From a virus, in the IMG/VR virus record IMGVR_UViG_3300045988_182235, positions 1 through 32,000 of that record: a DNA stretch of 32,000 nucleotides, one strand, 5' to 3'. A model generated the notes under the pieces. That model was not told where the DNA came from. It was given only the letters and a program-made list of their open reading frames with translations, and did not search any database. A program made the translations under genes and the position numbers. Every line of letters starts with the position of its first letter. Position 1 is the first letter of the stretch. Below are positions 1 through 7,438 of this stretch, one piece after another.

Positions 1-82
1 TTGCCATCCTCTAACTAACGGTAATCGATAGTTTTTTCTCCTTGCTGTGGGGCGGGATTTCGGTCCCGCCCCATCCTTTTGT

Positions 83-171
83 GGTCAGATGTCCGAGTGG
101 TTTAAGGAACTGGTCTTGAAAACCAGCGACGCCGCAAACGTCCGTGGGTTCGAATCCCACTCTGGCCGCCA
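83..171 (+). tRNA. tRNA-Ser(TGA), CCA encoded
   Basis: GGTCAGA/TCTGGCC acceptor stem, CTGGT-CTTGAAA-ACCAG anticodon arm, long variable arm, GTTCGAATC T-loop, GCCA end. Confidence 0.93.
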
Positions 172-357
172 TGTTTGCCGGGACTTCCCAGCTTTTTTGT
201 TTTTGAGTGCAAGAGCTATTTTTATCGCCAATCCGGACTTGAAGAAGCAACTTTGGGGCGGGCATCTTTGGAACCCAAGCTACTTTATTGCAACCGTCAG
301 TGATAACACGCGCAAACAAATACAAGAATACATTGCATCTCAAAAAACAAGAAACTG

Positions 358-1707
358 ATGAAAGGGGGCTTCGCAGTGAAAATCACTTCCAGCTATGCTG
401 TGGAAATCAAAAAGCAGAAAATGTTCGACAATACTATAAAGATTTATCGCGAAGCCGTTTCTTTCTTGATTGGTTGTTTTAACAAAGAATGGGATTCTAT
501 TCAAAAAGTAGAGGGTGCCAAATCTCGAAAGAGTTTTGCCGAGAAGTTAATTCATACTACAAAATACAGCACTGCTAAATATGATTTCGATGCCAAGTTT
601 TATAAGTTCCCTAGTTACCTGCGCAGAGCGGCTATTCAAGCAGCACTCGGCTCTGTAAGCAGTTACCGTAGCAACTACAAGAACTGGGAAGCTAACGGCA
701 AAGTTGGCAATGAGCCAAAACTCCAATGCGATAGATTCTGTTTCCCAACTTTCTATAAAACCGTTATGTTTTCTGAAAGCACCGAACCCAACCAGTGCTA
801 CTTAAAGCTGTACAGTAAAAACGATTGGGTTTGGGTTCCTATCGCAATGCGTGCCACCGATGTGAAGTACATCACGAAATACTGGTCACATTGCCAGAAG
901 AGTGCTCCTGCACTCGAAAAGAAGTACGGGAAGTATTTCCTACGCTTTGCCTTCGAGGAAGAGGTAAAACTCTCCGATACTGAAATTCAGGATAGGCGTA
1001 TCTGCGCTGTAGACCTTGGTCTCAATACTGACGCTGTGTGTAGCATCATGACTGCTGATGGAGCTGTCATTGCAAGAAAATTTATCAATTTTGCAAGTGA
1101 AAAAGACCATCTGTATCATGTGCTCAACCGTATTAAGCGTAAGCAAAGAGAACATGGGCCTAAGAGTGCTGCTGCTATGTGGCGTTACGTCAAAGCCTTG
1201 AATGATGATGTAGCGAAAAAAGTTGCCGCCGCCATTACTGAATTCGCAGTGCTTTATTCTGTAGATGTGATTGTTTTTGAACATTTGTCATTTACAGGCA
1301 AAAAGCACGGCGGCAGTAAAGCACAAAAGCTGACAATGTGGAAACGTAATTCCATACAGGATTATGTGACACAGAAGGCACACCGCTGCGGTATCCGGAT
1401 TTCGCGTATCTGCGCTTGGGGCACAAGCAAACTCGCCTTTGATGGCAGTGGTGCTCTTGAGCGTGATGAAACCAATCGTGCCCTTGCAACGTTTGCAAGC
1501 GGCAAACAATACAACTGTGACCTAAGTGCGAGCTACAATATTGGCGCTCGCTACTTTGTCAGAGAGTTGCTAAAACCCTTGCCAGCGATGGTAAGGTCTC
1601 AGCTTTCGGCTAATGTTCCGGATGTTGAGCGTAGAATCCAAGTTACACTTGCCACGCTTAAAGTTCTGTATCCTGAGCTTAAAAAACTCAGTACACAAGC
1701 AGCGTAA
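358..1707 (+). CDS. tnpB: TnpB-family RNA-guided endonuclease (IS200/IS605 accessory type) with a divergent zinc-ribbon region; true start may be the GTG shortly downstream
   Basis: RuvC-I ICAVDLGLN, RuvC-II VDVIVFEHLSF, RuvC-III YNCDLSASYNIGAR; typical TnpB right-end hairpin directly downstream. Usual paired CxxC motifs are absent. Confidence 0.87.
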   Translation: MKGGFAVKITSSYAVEIKKQKMFDNTIKIYREAVSFLIGCFNKEWDSIQKVEGAKSRKSFAEKLIHTTKYSTAKYDFDAKFYKFPSYLRRAAIQAALGSVSSYRSNYKNWEANGKVGNEPKLQCDRFCFPTFYKTVMFSESTEPNQCYLKLYSKNDWVWVPIAMRATDVKYITKYWSHCQKSAPALEKKYGKYFLRFAFEEEVKLSDTEIQDRRICAVDLGLNTDAVCSIMTADGAVIARKFINFASEKDHLYHVLNRIKRKQREHGPKSAAAMWRYVKALNDDVAKKVAAAITEFAVLYSVDVIVFEHLSFTGKKHGGSKAQKLTMWKRNSIQDYVTQKAHRCGIRISRICAWGTSKLAFDGSGALERDETNRALATFASGKQYNCDLSASYNIGARYFVRELLKPLPAMVRSQLSANVPDVERRIQVTLATLKVLYPELKKLSTQAA

Positions 1708-1857
1708 GATGTACAGATGCTAACTGAGTTATTAGTTTTCTTGCGGTGATGGCTTCCGTCTGGACGCCTGAGCTGAGGGATTACCGTATCTTTCGTTAGA
1801 ACGCCGCCACCCATAAAAGGAGCGGGAAGCCCGCGACTTTAGTCGTGGGAGGATTCA
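1640..1857 (+). ncRNA. Candidate TnpB reRNA/omegaRNA scaffold overlapping the tnpB 3' end and right end; 5' boundary uncertain
   Basis: Structured 3' UTR ending in GAAGCCCGCGACTTTAGTCGTGGGAGGATTCAC; hairpin 1830-1849. A guide would start just after about 1857-1860. Confidence 0.6.
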
Positions 1858-1867
1858 CCCTGACAAC

Positions 1868-1895
1868 GGTTGTTCGACTCGACCATTCTCGGCCA
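1868..1895 (+). pseudogene. 3' remnant of a tRNA (T-arm, acceptor 3' strand and CCA)
   Basis: GGTTG-TTCGACT-CGACC T-arm, then ATTCTCG-G-CCA. No 5' half found directly upstream, only the TnpB right end. Confidence 0.55.
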
Positions 1896-1975
1896 ACGCT
1901 CACTTTCATGCGCATCGGAAGTGAGATTCCTCAAAGCTGTGTTCCCATAAGCAAGGCACGGAAGATGCGCGACAA

Positions 1976-2051
1976 GTGCTCGTAACTCAATCGGTAGAGT
2001 ACCCGACTTTTAATCGGGGTGTTCGGGATTCGATTTCCCGCGAGCGCACCA
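1976..2051 (+). tRNA. tRNA-Lys(TTT)
   Basis: GTGCTCG/CGAGCGC acceptor, CCCGA-CTTTTAA-TCGGG arm, encoded CCA. Confidence 0.92.
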
Positions 2052-2082
2052 TGCCCGGCAGAGCATTATCTGCCACTTTTGT

Positions 2083-2158
2083 GGGTGTATAGCTCAGTAG
2101 GCAGAGCGGCGGACCGTTAATCCGTTTGTCGCAGGTTCAAATCCTGCTACGCCCGCCA
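2083..2158 (+). tRNA. tRNA-Asn(GTT), with C33
   Basis: 76-nt cloverleaf; acceptor GGGTGTA/TACGCCC; anticodon arm GCGGA-CCGTTAA-TCCGT; GCCA end. Confidence 0.88.
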
Positions 2159-2161
2159 TAA

Positions 2162-2239
2162 GCTCCTCTGGTGAAATTGGCAGACACAGTGCGTTCAAAC
2201 CGCACCGTTTTGAGGGTTCGAATCCCTCGGGGAGTACCA
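2162..2239 (+). tRNA. tRNA-Leu(CAA), short variable loop
   Basis: Leu-like D-arm (TGGTGAAATTGGCAGACAC), arm GTGCG-TTCAAAC-CGCAC, T-arm GAGGG-TTCGAAT-CCCTC, encoded CCA. Confidence 0.85.
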
Positions 2240-2268
2240 TGTCCGGCAGTACAACAACTGCCATTTAT

Positions 2269-2344
2269 GGGTTGTTAGCTCAGTTGGCAGAGCAACAGAC
2301 CGTTAATCCGTGGGCCGCAGGTTCGAATCCTGCACAACCCGCCA
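2269..2344 (+). tRNA. Second tRNA-Asn(GTT)-like gene, with C33
   Basis: Acceptor GGGTTGT/ACAACCC; anticodon arm ACAGA-CCGTTAA-TCCGT with one A-C mismatch; GCCA end. Confidence 0.82.
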
Positions 2345-2346
2345 TA

Positions 2347-2423
2347 TGCTCCAGTGGCGAAACTGGCAAACGCGGCGGCTTTATGTCCTGTTTTACTCTG
2401 GGTTCGACTCCCAGCTGGAGTAT
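2347..2423 (+). tRNA. Divergent tRNA-like gene, probable anticodon TAT (Ile) but isotype uncertain; no encoded CCA
   Basis: Acceptor TGCTCCA/TGGAGTA, Leu-like D-arm, T-arm CTGGG-TTCGACT-CCCAG; weak anticodon stem GCGGC-TTTATGT-CCTGT. Confidence 0.6.
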
Positions 2424-2429
2424 CTATAT

Positions 2430-2505
2430 AGGGGTGTAGCTCAAGTGGTAGAGCAGCGGTCTCCAAAACCGCTTGTTGCATGTTCGAGTCGTGTTACCCC
2501 TGCCA
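2430..2505 (+). tRNA. tRNA-Trp(CCA)
   Basis: AGGGGTG/TACCCCT acceptor, GCGGT-CTCCAAA-ACCGC anticodon arm, GCCA end. Confidence 0.88.
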
Positions 2506-2512
2506 CAATAAG

Positions 2513-2545
2513 AAAAGCCGTCCTCACATAAGAGGCGGCTTTTTG
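2513..2545 (+). terminator. Rho-independent terminator after the first tRNA block
   Basis: AAAAGCCGTCCTCACATAAGAGGCGGCTTTTT. Confidence 0.85.
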
Positions 2546-2587
2546 TTTTGGAGAGTATACAGACCAAAAAACTAAACCACAAGTTGA

Positions 2588-2615
2588 TTGCGAACTTGCG
2601 AAAACATGGTATAAT
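2588..2615 (+). promoter_or_regulatory. Promoter, offset variant of the TGCGAA class
   Basis: TTGCGA - 16 nt containing TGCGAA - TATAAT. Confidence 0.65.
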
Positions 2616-2876
2616 AATATCAGAACGAAACGAAAGGAGATACCCCAAAATGCTGTGCAACACTGTTAATGTCATGTCGTATGAGTATAGTTACGAATAT
2701 TCTGAGTTCATGTCCTTTGAACGCAGTTTTATTTCTCATACTCCTCGACAGGCAAAAACAGACCATGTACAGATGCGGTGCGTCTTCTAAGCGATAACTG
2801 CATGTCATAGCTGCTTGTCGAGATTTCGGCAGGCAGCTTTTTTGTTGCCTGCAATACAGAAAGGCAGCAAGAAAAA

Positions 2877-3098
2877 ATGAACGTTCCTACTATTGATATT
2901 CAGAAAACTGGTGCCAACATTAAGACACTGCGAAAGGCAGCAGGTATCAAGGTGAAAGATGTGGCAGATACACTCGGCGTATCCACGCAGGCAGTTGCCA
3001 AATGGCAAGCTGGAACAGCGCTCCCCACCATCGACAACCTTGTGATATTGGCAGCGATGCTGGATACCAAGATAGATGACATCCTTGTCATCGCATAA
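2877..3098 (+). CDS. Small XRE-family helix-turn-helix regulator
   Basis: IKTLRKAAGIKVKDVADTLGVSTQAVAKWQAGTALPTIDNLVILAAML is a classic HTH_3 pattern; RBS-like AAGGCAGCAAG upstream. Confidence 0.88.
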   Translation: MNVPTIDIQKTGANIKTLRKAAGIKVKDVADTLGVSTQAVAKWQAGTALPTIDNLVILAAMLDTKIDDILVIA

Positions 3099-3127
3099 AC
3101 CCTCGCCGCAGGATTGCGGCTATATAT

Positions 3128-3207
3128 GGCCCGTTGGACGAATTGGTAGAGTTGCCGCCCTTTCACGGCGGAGGTTATTGTGGGTTCGAAACCCACACGG
3201 GTCACCA
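3128..3207 (+). tRNA. tRNA-Glu(TTC)
   Basis: GGCCCGT/ACGGGTC acceptor, CCGCC-CTTTCAC-GGCGG anticodon arm, encoded CCA. Confidence 0.9.
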
Positions 3208-3208
3208 T

Positions 3209-3284
3209 GCTTCTGTAGCTCAGTTGGTAGAGCAGCGGTCTGAAGAACCGCGTGTCGCTGGTTCGATTCCAGCCGGGAGCACCA
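3209..3284 (+). tRNA. tRNA-Phe(GAA)
   Basis: GCTTCTG/CGGGAGC acceptor, GCGGT-CTGAAGA-ACCGC anticodon arm, encoded CCA. Confidence 0.92.
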
Positions 3285-3287
3285 TAT

Positions 3288-3372
3288 GTGTCGGTATGCA
3301 AGAGGTTAAAGCAGGCGGTCTGTAAAACCGCTCCGTTTCGGTTCGCTGGTTCGAATCCAGCCCGGCACACCA
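3288..3372 (+). tRNA. tRNA-Tyr(GTA)
   Basis: GTGTCGG/CCGGCAC acceptor, GCGGT-CTGTAAA-ACCGC anticodon arm, long variable arm TCCGTTTCGG, encoded CCA. Confidence 0.9.
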
Positions 3373-3375
3373 TAA

Positions 3376-3449
3376 GGCCCCTTCGACAAGTTGGTCCAAG
3401 TCGCCAGCCTCTCAAGCTGGAGTCGGCAGTTCGAGTCTGCCAGGGGTCA
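3376..3449 (+). tRNA. tRNA-Glu(CTC); followed by CTA rather than CCA
   Basis: GGCCCCT/AGGGGTC acceptor, CCAGC-CTCTCAA-GCTGG anticodon arm. Confidence 0.82.
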
Positions 3450-3481
3450 CTACGTCGCACCTACGTTAAAAGGTGCATTAT

Positions 3482-3571
3482 GCAGAGGTCGCCTAACGGT
3501 AGGGCAGCAGCTTGCTAAGCTGCCGTCGCGGAAATCGCGGCATGTGAGTTCGAATCTCACCCTCTGCGCCA
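3482..3571 (+). tRNA. tRNA-Ser(GCT)
   Basis: GCAGAGG/CCTCTGC acceptor, GCAGC-TTGCTAA-GCTGC anticodon arm, long variable arm, GCCA end. Confidence 0.92.
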
Positions 3572-3574
3572 TCT

Positions 3575-3662
3575 GCTTGCTTGTTCGAGTGGTTGATGAA
3601 ATCGGTCCAGAAAACCGACGATGGGAGACTGTCCGAAGGTTCGAATCCTTCAGCAAGCGCCA
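3575..3662 (+). tRNA. Class II tRNA, apparent Ser(AGA) with C33
   Basis: GCTTGCT/AGCAAGC acceptor, TCGGT-CCAGAAA-ACCGA anticodon arm, long variable arm, GCCA end. Confidence 0.78.
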
Positions 3663-4021
3663 CTGCCCTCATTCTGTGCGGTATCCGTGCAGGTGAGGGC
3701 TTTTTCTTTTGCTTTTCGCTTCGAATTTCGGACTCGAATGGCGTTAATGGTCGGATATTCTTGATTATACATGCCTTTGCTGTATGGCAAATAGCTCCAA
3801 ACAGTATTGGTTTTTACACCCAATTCTTCTGCAATTTCAGGAACTGACATACCGTTCGCACGCAGCTTCCCGATTTTTTCTGATGTTTCATCTGACCAGG
3901 CCCCGGCCGTAATCAGTATTTTGCGCACTTTCTGCAATGAGATGCCTGCACGTTTGGCAATGGTTCTTCTAGGTATACCTTGCTCGTGGAGCCGGAGAAC
4001 CGTCTGTATTGTCGCGTCCAT
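3650..4021 (-). CDS. Small helix-turn-helix protein
   Basis: Two HTH-like segments: GIPRRTIAKRAGISLQKVRKILI and GMSVPEIAEELGVKTNTVWSYL. Confidence 0.75.
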   Translation of the reverse strand: MDATIQTVLRLHEQGIPRRTIAKRAGISLQKVRKILITAGAWSDETSEKIGKLRANGMSVPEIAEELGVKTNTVWSYLPYSKGMYNQEYPTINAIRVRNSKRKAKEKALTCTDTAQNEGSGAC

Positions 4022-4163
4022 CTTGTCAGTACCTCGCCGTTATCGATTTTTGTATTGCCCTAATTGTTGTACTTTAATCATACAGCAAAGCAACAAAATT
4101 GTCCAGGAAGCAAAAGTGCCTTCATTTGCCACTAATTCATCTATGAAATTTGAAGGCAGAGTA

Positions 4164-4203
4164 CCCCGTCTATAGCCGTTGGGCTTAGGCGGGGGAGAAT
4201 GTC
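4164..4203 (+). repeat. Orphan IS200/IS605-type end hairpin
   Basis: CCCCGTCTATAGCCGTTGGGCTTAGGCGGGGGAGAATGTC; same fold as 19482 and reverse-complement form of 5233 and 7008. Confidence 0.65.
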
Positions 4204-4249
4204 AATTGCAAAAGAATGTGTATAAACTGTTACCATTTAACGCTTTCCG

Positions 4250-4278
4250 TTGTGAGAAATTGCGAATTGCGGTATAAT
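4250..4278 (+). promoter_or_regulatory. Promoter, 17-nt spacer variant of the TGCGAA class
   Basis: TTGTGA - GAAATTGCGAATTGCGG - TATAAT. Confidence 0.75.
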
Positions 4279-4310
4279 GAAAGGGTAAAAAGTGAAAGGA
4301 TTTTTGCCGT

Positions 4311-4982
4311 ATGTACATTGATTTCACGAGCAAGCAGTACTTCTTCATTCTGCACGCTCTTGCTGTTATGATAACGTTTTATAGCAACGATTTTTCCTCT
4401 ATCTGCAAAGAGGTTGGAGAGGCTTATGGAACAAGCGAAGCAGACATTGCAAGTGCTTGCGCTGCTCTGACAGCTGTGAACGTAACGGCACCTGTCAAAA
4501 GTTTATCTAACAAGTGCAGCGACATTCTGGAAGATATACTGCATCATGCACGAGAACTGCCGGGAAAGGACGCTCCATATAAATACAGTGTTAGCTTAGA
4601 TGTCTCTTCCTGGAAAGTAGTTGCTGATGCACTGGATACATACTCACGTATTTTGATGGGGCAATTTGGCGTCATTTATGAAGCCCTCGATATTTCTGGT
4701 AACGATGAGCAGCACTTCCAGGCGTATCATGATGCACGCTGGAATGGGGTGGGGGTCCTAGAAGCCCGTGACCTTCTGATTCCACAGCTCAAAAAGATAA
4801 GGCTTGGTTGGAATGGGAACTTTGGTATTTCAAATTCAGGACTTGCCTACAACAGCAAACTGGCATACGAGATTCTTAAAACCATTCGATATGCGACAGA
4901 GAAACGAGATAGCTCCGTTCTGAAAGTGACAAACGAGCCGCTGCCGCGTGCTGAAGGTTCTTTCCCAATTAGAGCACTGTAA
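4311..4982 (+). CDS. Hypothetical protein, 223 aa
   Basis: Intact ORF after the promoter at 4250-4278. Confidence 0.7.
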   Translation: MYIDFTSKQYFFILHALAVMITFYSNDFSSICKEVGEAYGTSEADIASACAALTAVNVTAPVKSLSNKCSDILEDILHHARELPGKDAPYKYSVSLDVSSWKVVADALDTYSRILMGQFGVIYEALDISGNDEQHFQAYHDARWNGVGVLEARDLLIPQLKKIRLGWNGNFGISNSGLAYNSKLAYEILKTIRYATEKRDSSVLKVTNEPLPRAEGSFPIRAL

Positions 4983-4987
4983 TTAGA

Positions 4988-5215
4988 TTGGAGGCTTCCA
5001 GGGTGGGCGACCACATCATTTCTTTCTTAGACATCTGCGCCATGCGCGGTCAGTTGGTTTTGGCAAAAGCACCGTCCATTCCGGCTATCGATAATAAAAC
5101 CGTGTATTGTACCGGAGCTCACAAGCGAGGAGCGGACCGCTGCATTGTCCTTGACGGCGAGGAGTACAGCCAGATTCTTTTTGTTAACGGAACAATAAAA
5201 CTGTATTGGCAGTGA
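4988..5215 (+). CDS. Hypothetical protein, 75 aa
   Basis: ORF closely following 4311-4982. Confidence 0.45.
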   Translation: MEASRVGDHIISFLDICAMRGQLVLAKAPSIPAIDNKTVYCTGAHKRGADRCIVLDGEEYSQILFVNGTIKLYWQ

Positions 5216-5232
5216 GGTATCATTGTCAACAA

Positions 5233-5520
5233 CCCCGCCTAAACCGGTTCGCCGGTTATAGACGGGGCTTGCGGGGCAACCCGTAAGCCCGGTTGATTAG
5301 CCTAAGTCTGCTGCTCCGGCGGCAGGAAACTACGTTGTGTACTAATAATATAGGCACCTTACTCATGCTCCACAAGTGGTGAGCTCTGCGGATGTTTGTT
5401 AAAAATCTCTGAGGGTAGGAGACGTGCAAACATCATACCGAAAGGTAAAACAGTACAACAACATTGGCGATGTGGACCACGGGGCGCAAGCCCTGACTTA
5501 TCGATTCATTATTTACGAAA
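5233..5520 (+). ncRNA. HEARO/IscB omegaRNA-like region upstream of iscB copy 1
   Basis: Hairpins 5233-5267; 5265-5290 (GGGCTTGCGGG-GCAA-CCCGTAAGCCC); CTGCTGC-TCCG-GCGGCAG; GATGTTTG 5391-5398 with CAAACATC 5427-5434; GGGGCGCAAGCCC; then iscB. Confidence 0.7.
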
Positions 5521-5532
5521 GGAGTACCTTGC

Positions 5533-6930
5533 ATGAGCACTTGCGTTTGTGTTCTTAGCAACAACGGTGAACGCTTAATGCCCACCATCCGTCTTGGCAA
5601 GGTGCGCCATCTTTTGAAAGACGGAAAAGCAAAAATCATTAAGCATCATCCCTTTACTATCCAACTGCTGTATGACAGCAAAACAAACACACAACCCATC
5701 GAAATCTGCGAAGATGTGGGCTACAACTACATCGGCATCAGCGTAAAAAGCGAATCTCACGAATATGTGTCTGCCCAGTATGATACATTGCAAGATGAGA
5801 AGGAACATCACGATGATTGCCGCAAGTATCGCCGTACACGCAGAAACAGACTGCGTTACCGTAAACCGCGCTTCGATAACCGCAAACGTGATGATGGTTG
5901 GCTTGCGCCCTCTCTTGAACACAAGAAAGAACTCAACGTCAATGTCATCAAGATGTATTGCGAAGTAATGCCTATTACGCATGCAATTGTTGAGGTTGGT
6001 TCTTTCGATACGATGCTTGTAAAAGCAATCGAGGAAGGCAAAGCCACACCAGAAAGCGCAGATTATCAAAAAGGTCCCCGCTACAAGTTGGCAACTTTGC
6101 GGGAGGCGGTATTCTATCGGGATAACTACACTTGCCAGGTTTGTGGGCGCAAAGCTAATGAAGGTGCAATTTTGCACGTGCATCACATGTTTTATTGGAA
6201 AGGTCGCCATGGCAATAGTCTCAGCGAGCTTATAACAGTATGCGAGAAGTGCCATACACCAGCTAACCATCAAAAAGGCGGCAAGCTCTACGGATTTGGT
6301 GAAGATATAAAGTTCGCCAATCTTTCTGGTGCGGCGTTCATGAACACCGTGCGCTGGCAAATCGTTAATGTACTTAACGCTGCTTTTGGAAAGCCGTTCG
6401 TCACATTCACTTATGGTGCGATGACCAAAGAAAAGCGGATTGCTCTTCATCTTGAAAAGAGTCATAACAACGATGCGTATGCAATGGGCAGCTTTCATCC
6501 AGTTAACCGCTGCGCGTTTGAACATTATGAAAAGGTGAAACGCAATAACCGCATTCTCGAAAAGTTTTATGACTCGCAGTACATTGACATTCGTACAGGA
6601 GAAATAGCTACCGGAAAAGAACTCTTCAACGGTAGAATCAGCCGCAGCCATAAAAAGGATTCCGAAAACCTGCACAAGTACCGTGGAAAGAGGATTTGTA
6701 AAGGGCACCGCGCTCTACGCCGAAAAAAGGTGGCCCTCAATCCCGGAGATTTAGTTTCTCTCAACGGAGAAATTCTTGTTGTCCATGGCACTCATACCAA
6801 AAAGAATGGTTCTGTAAACGTGGAATTCAAAACTCCATCGAGAGGTGGTAAAAAATCCGCAAGCCTTAAAAAGCTGAAAATTGTTAAAACGTCAAACCTC
6901 ATGCATTCTGCGTGGACTAAAGTAGCTTAA
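5533..6930 (+). CDS. iscB: IscB-like protein: PLMP-type N-terminus, Arg-rich bridge helix, HNH and RuvC parts, with altered RuvC-I
   Basis: RLMPTIRLGKVRHLLKDGKAKI; RuvC-I position YIGISVKS; RuvC-II AIVEVGSFD; HNH CQVCGRKA...HVHHMF...CEKCH; RuvC-III HLEKSHNNDAYAMG. Confidence 0.87.
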   Translation: MSTCVCVLSNNGERLMPTIRLGKVRHLLKDGKAKIIKHHPFTIQLLYDSKTNTQPIEICEDVGYNYIGISVKSESHEYVSAQYDTLQDEKEHHDDCRKYRRTRRNRLRYRKPRFDNRKRDDGWLAPSLEHKKELNVNVIKMYCEVMPITHAIVEVGSFDTMLVKAIEEGKATPESADYQKGPRYKLATLREAVFYRDNYTCQVCGRKANEGAILHVHHMFYWKGRHGNSLSELITVCEKCHTPANHQKGGKLYGFGEDIKFANLSGAAFMNTVRWQIVNVLNAAFGKPFVTFTYGAMTKEKRIALHLEKSHNNDAYAMGSFHPVNRCAFEHYEKVKRNNRILEKFYDSQYIDIRTGEIATGKELFNGRISRSHKKDSENLHKYRGKRICKGHRALRRKKVALNPGDLVSLNGEILVVHGTHTKKNGSVNVEFKTPSRGGKKSASLKKLKIVKTSNLMHSAWTKVA

Positions 6931-7007
6931 AAAACTAAAGAAAGGAGACACGGGGTATTTGGACTTACTAAGTGTGCCTCAAATGTACTCTTAGTCAACG
7001 CATTCCT

Positions 7008-7040
7008 CACCGCCTAAGTCGTAAGCGACTATAGACGGTG
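7008..7040 (+). repeat. Element-end hairpin of the same family as 5233
   Basis: CACCGCCTAAGTCGTAAGCGACTATAGACGGTG versus CCCCGCCTAAACCGGTTCGCCGGTTATAGACGGGG. Confidence 0.65.
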
Positions 7041-7280
7041 TACCCTGCGCACAAATTTTATGGAATTCGAAAAGCCAATCAAGCGCCCTATATCGTTAAA
7101 GGCTTTCGCCTCTGGGATAAGGTGCTCTATAACGGGCAGGAATGTTTTATTTCGGGACGCAGGACATCGGGATATTTCGCTTTAAGAAAATTCGATGGTA
7201 CAACCATTACGAATAGCATTTCATTTAAAAAACTGCGACTATTAGAGCCTGCAACAAACTATTTAATCGAAAGGAAGTGA
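7038..7280 (+). pseudogene. C-terminal remnant of another iscB
   Basis: KANQAPYIVKGFRLWDKVLYNGQECFISGRRTSGYFALRKFDGT...KKLRLLE is the typical IscB C-terminus, without RuvC or HNH. Confidence 0.75.
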
Positions 7281-7283
7281 ATG

Positions 7284-7321
7284 GGCAAATCCTCCCACGA
7301 CTGAAGTCGCGGGTATCCTTG
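7284..7321 (+). repeat. IS200/IS605-type terminal imperfect palindrome
   Basis: GGCAAATCCTCCCACGACTGAAGTCGCGGGTATCCTTGCC; reverse complement closely matches the tnpB right end at 1830-1860. Confidence 0.65.
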
Positions 7322-7405
7322 CCATGATTGATGATGCCCCTGAAAAACACAAATCTAAGGGCTGGACCAACGCGATGCCAAAAACAAACGAAGTTAAAAA
7401 GCCAC

Positions 7406-7433
7406 TTGCACGAATGTGCGAACCGCCTAAAAT
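7406..7433 (+). promoter_or_regulatory. TGCGAA-spacer promoter
   Basis: TTGCAC - GAATGTGCGAACCGCC - TAAAAT. Confidence 0.75.
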
Positions 7434-7438
7434 AATAA

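Noticed and set aside
47-358. 103-aa ORF overlapping tRNA-Ser(TGA)
   Set aside because: It runs through the tRNA and has no recognisable protein pattern; the tRNA explains the conservation.
1823-1895. Complete tRNA reading starting CGGGAAG and ending CCA
   Set aside because: Six of seven acceptor pairs are possible, but D-arm and anticodon arm do not form; the 5' part is the TnpB right-end hairpin.
2347-2423. Ochre suppressor tRNA (anticodon TTA) to explain in-frame stops
   Set aside because: Only possible by shifting the loop one base, which gives a stem with two mismatches; the TAT register pairs better. It would also not decode TAG efficiently as a cognate.
2900-3460. 186-aa minus-strand ORF across the tRNA array
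   Set aside because: Contains repeated ...RVGFEPT.../...CRICRTCG... type strings that are typical translations of tRNA T-arms; not a real gene.
5575-6708. 377-aa minus-strand ORF opposite iscB copy 1
   Set aside because: Shadow of a motif-bearing gene; no RBS or domain signal.
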